Shown: piece by piece, positions 46,715-54,740 of the stretch
Layout of the letters: each line of letters starts with the position of its first letter
Position numbering within the stretch: position 1 is the first letter of the stretch
IMG/VR virus record: IMGVR_UViG_2585427716_000002
Location: 32,001 to 96,000 of that record
Direction: 5' to 3' (one strand)
Source: a virus
Taxonomy: Duplodnaviria; Caudoviricetes
DNA: 64,000 nt
Notes under the pieces: generated by a model
The model's database searches: none
What the model was told of the DNA's origin: nothing
The model's input: the letters and a program-made list of their open reading frames with translations, nothing else
Program-made: the position numbers and the translations under genes

Positions 46715-48151
46715 TCACTCTGATTGTGATTTTGTCTGCAACTTAGCTAATTCGTTTCGAGTCAGTTCTTCTAAGTTACCGCCTTTTGTTCGGTAAATCT
46801 CCATAGCGTTCTTGGCCGCTAATTCTCGCATTCTTGTTTTAGAGAGAATCTCGGTCTGATCGTTATTTTCTTGAAGTTCGACAGAGGTTACTCTAGCTTC
46901 TTCAACAGAACCTGGGAATTCCGATTGAAAAGCTGTAAGTTCTTCTTTTAGCTCATCGACACTTAAAGTTTCAGCGTATTTTTGGTAACGGTCTTTATTA
47001 AACGCATTCCCTCGTGCCTTAACTCCAGCCTCAACTACAGAATCAATCAAATCTTTAGTGAATTTATCTGCTAATTCAGATTTAGCCGTTAGTTCGACAT
47101 TCGTCTGCTCAGTTGCGCTCAATTTTTCTTCTAAAGCCTCAACTTTATCTTCAAATTTAGTGAGTTTGCCCTCAGCCTCTGACAGCTTCACCGATAAATC
47201 CTCTTTTTCACTTACAACTTTGTTGTACTCAGCCAGTGAGACAACATCTTTTGACTCGTCCGCCACCGATAATGATTGGTTATTAGTAGGCATTTCTTCA
47301 CTTCCTTTCAGGTAGTTAATATCCTTACGTTCGGAAGTCGTAGTAAACAACTCCATATTTCCTTTTGACATCCTACACAATATCTGTGAATGTAAAGGGA
47401 CTGTCTTAATGTCATCTACATTATAGAAAGTAGTTTCATCTTCTTTAACAGACCCTTGTAATCTTTCTGAAAATGTTTGACCCTCCGCAGCAAATTGGCC
47501 GTGTGTGATTATCGCTCTATTGACTGCACCTGCATAAACTAGGGAATTCTCTAAACCTTCACCTTTGTTGGCTACAATGTCACAGCGGCGTTGCTCAACT
47601 TCCTCCCCCACCTGAACATCGTAAGTTCGTCCAGGCAAATGAGAACATTTTTCGTAATCACGTATGTCATGGTTACAAATTGAACATTTAGGCTCTGTCA
47701 TAGCAAAACCTATCGAGGTATCGAAGGTATGGCCCACATCTATGTGGTTAACTATATCTTGAGTAGTCATTCCATTGATCTCTGTTCGCAAAGGTACTTT
47801 ATTTCCTTCTCCGTCTTTCACATGAGTCACTATGTAATGATCGACATACATAGTCTCTACTGGTTCCCCATTAACATGATCAACCGTCACCTCAGCGTCA
47901 AAAGTACGTCCGAAAGGTAACCTACCGTTATCATGAGAAGCCAGCAAACCCACACCGGCCTTATAATCCTTCTTTAGGGAGTTGAGCATATTACCATTCA
48001 TGATAATACTATACTCTCCGAACCATCCGAAGCGCTGTACAGGTAACGTGTCAGCGGACAGACTGCGGAAAACATATACTTGGTCTTCATCTAAAGCAGA
48101 ATGAGAAAGTTTATTAATTTTCCTCAACTGCTCTTTTGTTGGCATTGGCAT
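46715..48151 (-). CDS. Prohead protease-scaffold fusion
   Basis: SH..GR, TSIGF, CSIC...C.H.PG, ENSLVYAGA, then a coiled-coil scaffold. Confidence 0.8.
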   Translation of the reverse strand: MPMPTKEQLRKINKLSHSALDEDQVYVFRSLSADTLPVQRFGWFGEYSIIMNGNMLNSLKKDYKAGVGLLASHDNGRLPFGRTFDAEVTVDHVNGEPVETMYVDHYIVTHVKDGEGNKVPLRTEINGMTTQDIVNHIDVGHTFDTSIGFAMTEPKCSICNHDIRDYEKCSHLPGRTYDVQVGEEVEQRRCDIVANKGEGLENSLVYAGAVNRAIITHGQFAAEGQTFSERLQGSVKEDETTFYNVDDIKTVPLHSQILCRMSKGNMELFTTTSERKDINYLKGSEEMPTNNQSLSVADESKDVVSLAEYNKVVSEKEDLSVKLSEAEGKLTKFEDKVEALEEKLSATEQTNVELTAKSELADKFTKDLIDSVVEAGVKARGNAFNKDRYQKYAETLSVDELKEELTAFQSEFPGSVEEARVTSVELQENNDQTEILSKTRMRELAAKNAMEIYRTKGGNLEELTRNELAKLQTKSQSE

Positions 48152-48188
48152 TTTAACACCTCCTGGTATTTGTCACCGACCTGACAGA

Positions 48189-48218
48189 ATTATAAGGAAT
48201 AAATAAAACACTTCTAAC
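48189..48218 (-). promoter_or_regulatory. Phage-type promoter GTTA-N18-CTTATAAT
   Basis: Copy of the repeated motif. Confidence 0.65.
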
Positions 48219-48229
48219 AACTGTGCGTA

Positions 48230-49690
48230 CTAGTCGCTAGAAGTGTTGTCACCGCTCTGCGGATCATTTGGTTGCCGCTCATCAGGAGATCCTTTAGGTT
48301 CCGATGTAGTGACCCCCAGCATTTCTTTATCAGGATCTGACGCAGCCTTAGTGCCGGTCACTTCAATACTGGCCTCGTCTTGAGTTACCCATCCGTTATC
48401 CCGTTTTTTCTGTGCGTTTTGAATCGCTATCTGTTCGAAATTAACCTTCTCCAGCTCTGTGCGGATCTCTGTGTCATTAAACTCAAAGAATACAAATCCC
48501 TGCATTCCGTGGATGTTAATAAGCTTTGTCAAAGCACGAGATAGAATAGATTCAATCATAAATTGAACTCGTTTTACTGACTTCATGAAGATTTTAATTT
48601 CAAGTTTAGCGTATTGCTCCGTCTGACCCTGGGATCGTCTACCCATCAACGTTGAATACTGCTTCAAGGCACCAAGGATTTGCGTATCAATGACAGCCAT
48701 TATTTTTTGAGGATCAAGCGTTGCGTTTGCCCCGTCTACCATATCAACTTCAACACTATCAAAATGAACGAATGCAGCGTCAGGGTCTAATTCTTGGTAC
48801 ATGTTGATGATCAAGTCTAATTGCTCATTAAGCCACTGTTGCTTTTTCTTTTCGTTGTTACGGATCTGGATAGGCATTCGTTTTAATAAAACCTCTTCAA
48901 CGATTTTTATATCATATTTCCCGTAACCTTGATTATGGATGACCATTTTTATGTCTTCCATAACCTGCTGATGAAAAGCTAAAGTCTGTATCACTGATAG
49001 AAAGGGGGACGTTCCGTAAGGATCTACCTCAGATTCATCTAAACCTTCATGGAAAAAGGTAGGTATATCTAGCTTTACATTGTTTTGGTACGGAATAAGT
49101 CTGCCCTGTTCCACTTTGAAATCAATCGTGTCAGGGTCGACGTTGGCTAAAAACATCACATCTGTAAATTCACTGTCCATTACCATTTCCAAGGAGATTG
49201 CCCCTCGAACTAAAGCGGAATCAAACATTTGATCGATAAGCCTATCTAAGCTCCTAGACTTTTCAAAACCATCACTGCTGTAGAAATCCAGCTTTCTTAT
49301 GAAATTATCAATTAGTTTTTGTCCTGATTCATGTTCCGATCTCCCGTCTAGCTTAGTTACCCTGGCAGTGTATCCTGAGTTACCTATAATTTTAAAGTTC
49401 CAAATCGCTTGGGATACGTCAGGGTGATTGTGCTTTAAAATAGACAAAAGACGCTTGGGGGAGTATCTTGTAAAAACGCTCTCGCTTAACTTCGTGTACT
49501 TACCGTACCTGTACACGCTCCCCTCATCTAGAGTTTCTGTCTTCCTGCTACCACCAAACGCCTTGTTTGGAGTAGGCCTCTCTGTAGTCGAACTCTCTTG
49601 ACTAGAACTATATAAATTAGACACAAAGGGAGCGGAAACTACAGTAGCAGCCTTCGAAAAGAAATTTCTTACTCTATTTAAAAATGACAA
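48230..49690 (-). CDS. Portal protein
   Basis: 486 aa; PYGTSP, GWVTQDEA; between TerL and the protease. Confidence 0.85.
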   Translation of the reverse strand: MSFLNRVRNFFSKAATVVSAPFVSNLYSSSQESSTTERPTPNKAFGGSRKTETLDEGSVYRYGKYTKLSESVFTRYSPKRLLSILKHNHPDVSQAIWNFKIIGNSGYTARVTKLDGRSEHESGQKLIDNFIRKLDFYSSDGFEKSRSLDRLIDQMFDSALVRGAISLEMVMDSEFTDVMFLANVDPDTIDFKVEQGRLIPYQNNVKLDIPTFFHEGLDESEVDPYGTSPFLSVIQTLAFHQQVMEDIKMVIHNQGYGKYDIKIVEEVLLKRMPIQIRNNEKKKQQWLNEQLDLIINMYQELDPDAAFVHFDSVEVDMVDGANATLDPQKIMAVIDTQILGALKQYSTLMGRRSQGQTEQYAKLEIKIFMKSVKRVQFMIESILSRALTKLINIHGMQGFVFFEFNDTEIRTELEKVNFEQIAIQNAQKKRDNGWVTQDEASIEVTGTKAASDPDKEMLGVTTSEPKGSPDERQPNDPQSGDNTSSD

Positions 49691-49760
49691 ACTTCTCCAC
49701 CACCTTTCTTACAAATACCTAGAAGTTTAATACTAATCGGTAAACTACTTGGCAGAGTTC

Positions 49761-49789
49761 ATTATAAGGACGATGACGTACAAATTAAC
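49761..49789 (-). promoter_or_regulatory. Phage-type promoter GTTA-N17-CTTATAAT
   Basis: Motif copy upstream of the portal gene. Confidence 0.65.
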
Positions 49790-49968
49790 AAGACACGTAA
49801 AAGAGACGAGCGAAGCGAAGTCTCGTTGGCGCAGCCAACACTTTTTACGTTTAACCTAGAAAGTCTGTAATATTGTTTATTTAGTATTTATATCTTTTTA
49901 ATTTTTTATATTTTATTTAATTAATATACTTCGGCCTCAAATTTTGGGTAACTGCAATTAAGTTAAGC

Positions 49969-50036
49969 TTAAAAAGTAGGTACCAAAAATGTTGTAATCA
50001 GCTACTGCTTTTAAATTAAAAAGTAGGTACCAAAAA
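49969..50036. repeat. 21-bp direct repeat x2 (47-bp period) next to an AT-rich tract
   Basis: TTAAAAAGTAGGTACCAAAAA at 49969 and 50016, each followed by a similar TGTAWTCAG..ACTGCTTT. Confidence 0.8.
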
Positions 50037-50134
50037 ATTTGTATTCAGTAACTGCTTTAAACTTAAAATGTCTATTTCGCAACTTTTGCTATTTTGTAAC
50101 GATCATTAATTAGGTAATTCGAGTAGAAGGAGCG

Positions 50135-50491
50135 ATGACTTTGAATTCGGAAAATTTAGAGGTATCTAAGGTTGGGGAATTTTTTTACGAAAGCGAGTGT
50201 GGAAAGGTCCGTTCTATAAGGGCAGTAGAGGTTGTCGACGGCTCCGTTTTATTCCTTGCCCACGATATTGCAAAACACGTACTTGGAGTCAGTAACCCAT
50301 TCAGCTTAACTAGGTCTGTTGACGACAGGAGCAAAGTAGAATTAGTGCTTACTTTTACAGAGGGACAGAACCCACAAAGATATATCCTAGTGGATCTTGA
50401 AGGCTTGCGTTGTATGGTTTACAGGGCAAGAAGCAGTGAGGTCAACAGGCTAGATTTTATCAATTGGGTAAAGCAAAAGAGCGTAAATTAA
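50135..50491 (+). CDS. BRO-N domain DNA-binding protein
   Basis: IRAV....VLFLAHDIA..LG..NP...VDLEGL..MVYRAR...FINWV. Confidence 0.75.
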   Translation: MTLNSENLEVSKVGEFFYESECGKVRSIRAVEVVDGSVLFLAHDIAKHVLGVSNPFSLTRSVDDRSKVELVLTFTEGQNPQRYILVDLEGLRCMVYRARSSEVNRLDFINWVKQKSVN

Positions 50492-52182
50492 TACGCTCTA
50501 CTTGCTCCAGCTATTGCAGGCATTGAATAATTCGTGTCATCGGCCGGGTCATCAGTCGCACATAGATACACCGCTGTAGCCCGAGCGTCACATGTATCTT
50601 TTTCACGATCTTTTTCATGATCTATTTTCGTACCGTTTACTAGTAGGATGTGCTTTAGGTTATCATTAGGATTATCCATTTTATCCTTACCTTCTTCATC
50701 CAAATCAAGAAGTTCCAAGTGACCTGTGTAGGCGAGATTTTTCAGCTGGGTGTATATAGCCAGTTGGAACGGATTGGAGAACACCTTATCCTCAGCTTCA
50801 ACTCCAAACTCCATTAACTTTTGAACCATAGCTCCTGAGTTGAATTTGTCCATGAGTGCTTTTTTTACATATACGATCTCGCAAATGGCTTCAACAACGT
50901 CAATAGTATTCTGTACATTTACAGGCAATTTGTTTACCGTGTCTGGTTTCCATTTAATCAGTAAATCCTCTACGGGTTTGTTTCTTGGTTTAAGGACAGA
51001 CTCCCCACCCTCTATCACTTCATCGTAGATAGTTTCTGCATGGAAAAGGGAAAGTGTGTACATATCCTTATCTATACCGCCATCGAGACCTAAATAGTAT
51101 GTTTTTGATTGGTCTAACTCCAGCGTTCCCTTAAACAGCTCTACATTGTATCCGACAAAATGACGTTCCTCACCATTATCTAATGTAGTTGTAAGAACAG
51201 TTTGTTCTAAGATACATGGATCTCCTTTACCGACTTTGACACAATCGTCAATTCGTTCAGGGTACTGGAAGAAGCCTCCCCGTTGTTTAGGAGGGATACA
51301 TTCGTAACGCATTCTACTGCCTTCAGGATCTTTTTTATAATCCATCTCTAGGTCTTCTCGTTTAATGTTAGTGTTAATTTCCCAGGAAGCCCCACGTGAT
51401 GAAATTACCTCTTCAAAATCATCGTCCTGTCCTTGGTCGTACTTATACATCATAAAATCTTCACTGGACCGAGGGAAAGAGATGAACATCAATAGTGCCC
51501 TTTTACCGTAACGTGACATGGCAGACGATCTAATAGTGTCATAACAGAACTCCGCTAGCTCCCATTCAAAATCACCCACTTCGTCAAAAATTCCAACGAG
51601 GGGGTTGAAACCTTCAAAAGAACCAGCTTCTGAGTGCCCTGAGAAAGCCCGTATTTCATTGTAAAATACGATTGTATCCTTTTTCTCTTGGTATTCGTTA
51701 TAGGCTAAAGGTTTGCGGTCGACCTTCTTAAACCACTTACACGATTTGAGTCGAGCCTTGAGCTTAGTGAAGAATACATTCTCTGCTTGTTTGGCGTTCT
51801 TTGCGAGGTTGATTATATCGATTGGTTCCCCTTGTCCGAAACCAAAGTACGCTTGAGGATTATTCATACAGTTCAGTCTGTAAGGGATATAAGAGACAAT
51901 CCCTGAGATGATAAAGTCTTTACCTGAGCCTTTGCCCCACATGGCTGCAATTTCTGTGACTTTCTTTAATTTGTCATTCTCCGGCAATTCGTCTTTAGCC
52001 AGTATCTTTTCCACGGTATGCAAGAGTTCAGTCTGCTTACCGTCGAACGGTTTTTCTCCTAGAAAATCTATAAAAAACTCTACGAGTCCTACTGGCTTTT
52101 CACGCCATAGGCCCATAGAGTTGTTTTCAGACTCGGCCATTGCAATGACGTCATCGAAAAGACCGCTTAGAAAATCACTCAT
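50488..52182 (-). CDS. terL: Terminase large subunit
   Basis: Walker A WGKGSGKD, Walker B IFDEV, nuclease LGLDGG...MDKFNS...KIDH...KDTCDA. Confidence 0.9.
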   Translation of the reverse strand: MSDFLSGLFDDVIAMAESENNSMGLWREKPVGLVEFFIDFLGEKPFDGKQTELLHTVEKILAKDELPENDKLKKVTEIAAMWGKGSGKDFIISGIVSYIPYRLNCMNNPQAYFGFGQGEPIDIINLAKNAKQAENVFFTKLKARLKSCKWFKKVDRKPLAYNEYQEKKDTIVFYNEIRAFSGHSEAGSFEGFNPLVGIFDEVGDFEWELAEFCYDTIRSSAMSRYGKRALLMFISFPRSSEDFMMYKYDQGQDDDFEEVISSRGASWEINTNIKREDLEMDYKKDPEGSRMRYECIPPKQRGGFFQYPERIDDCVKVGKGDPCILEQTVLTTTLDNGEERHFVGYNVELFKGTLELDQSKTYYLGLDGGIDKDMYTLSLFHAETIYDEVIEGGESVLKPRNKPVEDLLIKWKPDTVNKLPVNVQNTIDVVEAICEIVYVKKALMDKFNSGAMVQKLMEFGVEAEDKVFSNPFQLAIYTQLKNLAYTGHLELLDLDEEGKDKMDNPNDNLKHILLVNGTKIDHEKDREKDTCDARATAVYLCATDDPADDTNYSMPAIAGASRAY

Positions 52183-52979
52183 CTGCCACCTACCTCCCCT
52201 TCATCTATAATCCCTAGATCAACAAGCAGATTGTCAGCCCCCTCTTCTGTAACTATGTCAGCTACGTCTTCGTAGGTGTAGCCCGCCTTTTCCAACCTAC
52301 TTTTTTTAACTTGCAGTTCCATCGAAAACCCTGATTCTTCGTCAGCAATTTTAAAGGAATAAATAGGGTCATTAAAGTCCGTATCGCTACCTTTCTTACA
52401 TCTGACATCCGATGAATAAAAGCAATCCATACAAACAGGTTCGTATACATCTAGATCACCTATTCTGATATCGGTAGTCTTGTCCTGACCTTTGTATCTA
52501 GATATCCTAGCTGGTCTCCCACATCTTGTACATTTCCCTTTTAATTTAATGACTTCATCCGACTTAGCCATAACATCCCCAACTAACCCAAACGTAGTTC
52601 CCTCGGATGTAAGGTCCAATCCAAAGCAATAAACATCAATCCCCAATAGACAAATAGATACCAGGGAATGTACCAAGTCCGCTTGATCAAAGAATTGAAT
52701 TTCATCTATGAGGATAGCTTGCTGCATGTCACCTCCATACTCAAAAATCTCTTCAATATTTTGTATTGGTTGGGCTGGTGCCATTTCTCCGTCCCTTGAC
52801 TCAACACTAAAATTACCTGAACGGATGTCTTTAGTCGGTTTGAAAATTTTGACCTCCATCCCACTCTTTCTCAATCTCCTGTACAAATGAATCAATTTTT
52901 TTGTCTTTCCTGAACCCATTACACCTACGGTAGTTACTAGTTTTCCCGCCATACTATAATCCTCCTTTAAGCAATTCAC
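52179..52979 (-). CDS. tdk: Thymidine kinase with C-terminal extension
   Basis: GVMGSGKT, IDEIQF, FGLD, CTRC...YEPVCMDC. Confidence 0.92.
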   Translation of the reverse strand: MNCLKEDYSMAGKLVTTVGVMGSGKTKKLIHLYRRLRKSGMEVKIFKPTKDIRSGNFSVESRDGEMAPAQPIQNIEEIFEYGGDMQQAILIDEIQFFDQADLVHSLVSICLLGIDVYCFGLDLTSEGTTFGLVGDVMAKSDEVIKLKGKCTRCGRPARISRYKGQDKTTDIRIGDLDVYEPVCMDCFYSSDVRCKKGSDTDFNDPIYSFKIADEESGFSMELQVKKSRLEKAGYTYEDVADIVTEEGADNLLVDLGIIDEGEVGGR

Positions 52980-53550
52980 TTACGATGTGGCTATTCTCAC
53001 GTTTTCCTTTCATTTTAGCTATAAAAGAGGGGAGAGCGTCGGGAGAAACCTCTTTCAAAGTCTTGATCACTTCTACAAGAAATTCTCTAACTACCTCCAT
53101 GTCATACACTTCTTTATGAATTCCCTCTATCTGCTTCAAGGTCTCTCTCAATTCACTTGAAAGGGCCTTATATCCTTTAGGGTCAGGGAGCATACCTTCT
53201 TCTAATGCCATCATCTCCGCAGAGTCGATCATAAAAGTCAACCTCGCAGCCATGTCTTTTAGCGTACCTAGCATGTCAAATTCAGCACTTTCCATAACCA
53301 TTTTTCTCATATGTTGGCGATTAGCTAAAAGAATCTCTTTTCTTACCTCCGGGTAATTCTTTGCAAAATCTGAAACGTTTTGGACGGAGATGAGGTCGCT
53401 CTCAGGCACATCGCCAATAGTATTTAATTCTTCTGCAACAGCCTTATAACTCATTTTCGGAGTAACTGTTAGAAGGTTGATCGCATGGGTCACTAGACCA
53501 TACTTTTCAATTTTACTTTGCGCTCCACGTTTTCTTAGCTCTCCCATCAA
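52954..53550 (-). CDS. Probable terminase small subunit
   Basis: SKIEK...SYKAVAEEL HTH-like start followed by a helical region; in the TerL operon. Confidence 0.6.
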   Translation of the reverse strand: MMGELRKRGAQSKIEKYGLVTHAINLLTVTPKMSYKAVAEELNTIGDVPESDLISVQNVSDFAKNYPEVRKEILLANRQHMRKMVMESAEFDMLGTLKDMAARLTFMIDSAEMMALEEGMLPDPKGYKALSSELRETLKQIEGIHKEVYDMEVVREFLVEVIKTLKEVSPDALPSFIAKMKGKRENSHIVSELLKGGL

Positions 53551-53705
53551 TCCTCACCTTCTTCTTCCATAAGTTCTTCGACCAGCTTATCAAAAAGAGC
53601 ATTAACATTTCCTTTTGTATATTTTTCTGCAAGCTGTTCTACAAACTGTTTCTTTGTTGCAGTTGTTCGGATATAGAGTCTTTCATCCTTAGTTCCCACT
53701 GCCAC
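53547..53705 (-). CDS. Small ribbon-helix-helix-like protein (52 aa; not in the ORF track)
   Basis: GTG start after GGGGG; MAVGTKDERLYIRTTATKKQFVEQLAEKYTKGNVNALFDKLVEELMEEEGED; its stop overlaps the next start. Confidence 0.65.
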   Translation of the reverse strand: MAVGTKDERLYIRTTATKKQFVEQLAEKYTKGNVNALFDKLVEELMEEEGED

Positions 53706-53747
53706 CAAAACCCCCTATCTAGATTACTTTAATGATTATTCACAATC

Positions 53748-53776
53748 AATATAAGAAAATTGTGCGTCTTTTTAAC
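53748..53776 (-). promoter_or_regulatory. Phage-type promoter GTTA-N17-CTTATATT
   Basis: Motif copy heading the packaging operon. Confidence 0.65.
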
Positions 53777-53844
53777 TTTTGTACGTCACTGCCGCAACTT
53801 TGGCCAGGCATACATCGATAACTAGGTTGTGGGAGGTGATTAGT

Positions 53845-54120
53845 TTGAACTTAGGGTTAGAGTTAGTGGTCTTGTTACTTATAGCATTGGCCGTTCGGGC
53901 TTTCCTTTTCGAAATTAAATTTCAATATACTCGGAATTTACTTCGTGAGAGTCATGAGTTATTTGAGATTTTCTTGGATTGCCCATTCTGTAACGGCTTT
54001 TGGACAGGGTTATTCGGATACCTGATCGTATTTGGTTTTGACTTAACACTTGTCCCATTTGCTATCCTTGTAGGTTCTTCGGCATATTACCTGAACCTTT
54101 TCACAAAAAATCTGAAATAA
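53845..54120 (+). CDS. Small membrane protein with CPFC motif (DUF1360-like)
   Basis: SD GGGAGG + TTG; three hydrophobic segments; LDCPFCNGFW. Confidence 0.65.
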   Translation: MNLGLELVVLLLIALAVRAFLFEIKFQYTRNLLRESHELFEIFLDCPFCNGFWTGLFGYLIVFGFDLTLVPFAILVGSSAYYLNLFTKNLK

Positions 54121-54180
54121 TTGGGTAAAAGAAATGCAGGGTGGTATACCAATAAATACAACCTATCTAAAGGTTGTTAG

Positions 54181-54296
54181 TGGTGTTCACCCTTGACTAA
54201 GGCTCTGCTATCGCTTGCGGTTCGAATCCGTTAAAGTGCACGGGGTACGGCGATAGATATTCCCTCAGTCCTTCGGTTCGATTCCGAAAGCACCGT
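54181..54296 (+). ncRNA. tRNA-like RNA 1 (two T-loops, no anticodon)
   Basis: TGGTGTT/AGCACCG acceptor-like stem; T-arm TTCGG-TTCGATT-CCGAA; stem CTATCGC/GCGATAG enclosing GCGG-TTCGAAT-CCGT. Confidence 0.6.
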
Positions 54297-54374
54297 TAAC
54301 GGTTTATCTGAGGTGCCCTTGGAGGGGAGTCTGAGTGAGGGGTGTAACTCTCAAAAAGTTCTCCTATATTTTCG

Positions 54375-54412
54375 AGTGCACTAGGGGTTTACTCCTTTCA
54401 CCCTAGTGCACT
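54375..54412 (+). ncRNA. 12-bp hairpin with an anti-SD-like loop
   Basis: AGTGCACTAGGG-GTTTACTCCTTTCA-CCCTAGTGCACT. Confidence 0.5.
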
Positions 54413-54419
54413 GTTTCCT

Positions 54420-54516
54420 GGTTAGTCAACGGTGTAAAGCAGGGGTGACGGTTCAATTCCGTTTAAAGTGTGGTTCGCTTCCCTGCCAAGTGGTTCGACT
54501 CCACATCTAACCACCA
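54420..54516 (+). ncRNA. tRNA-like RNA 2 (two T-loops, encoded CCA, no anticodon)
   Basis: GGTTAG/CTAACC-A-CCA; T-arm GTGG-TTCGACT-CCAC; stem GCAGGGG/TCCCTGC enclosing GACGG-TTCAATT-CCGTT. Confidence 0.65.
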
Positions 54517-54562
54517 TTTCCCTTCTCAAGGGGCTGTCTGCCCCTCCTTTCAATAAACAAAG

Positions 54563-54612
54563 AAAATGCTCTATTACAGTGTTGCTCGCAGCTACTGTAA
54601 TAGAGCATTTTT
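54563..54612 (+). terminator. Strong terminator-like hairpin ending the ncRNA cluster
   Basis: AAAATGCTCTATTACAGT / ACTGTAATAGAGCATTTT 18-bp inverted repeat. Confidence 0.75.
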
Positions 54613-54679
54613 ATTTACCGCAACAAACAGCCAACACGTAACGATCAATACAACGTATAAGACAAGTTGCAGTTAATTT

Positions 54680-54708
54680 GTTAATATTACGTGTTGCTTT
54701 CTTATAAT
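54680..54708 (+). promoter_or_regulatory. Phage-type promoter GTTA-N17-CTTATAAT for nrdEF
   Basis: Motif copy on the plus strand. Confidence 0.65.
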
Positions 54709-54740
54709 ATTGGTACTTAAATTTCAAAGGGGGCATTAAG

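Noticed and set aside
49969-50060. CRISPR-like repeat-spacer array
   Set aside because: Only two repeats, the 'spacers' resemble each other, and no cas genes are present.
7008-52890. Numerous short ORFs nested in or antisense to long structural genes
   Set aside because: Shadow frames without ribosome-binding sites or recognisable motifs.
54181-54516. Calling these canonical tRNA genes
   Set aside because: There is no 7-nt anticodon loop and no proper D-arm, so no amino acid can be assigned.
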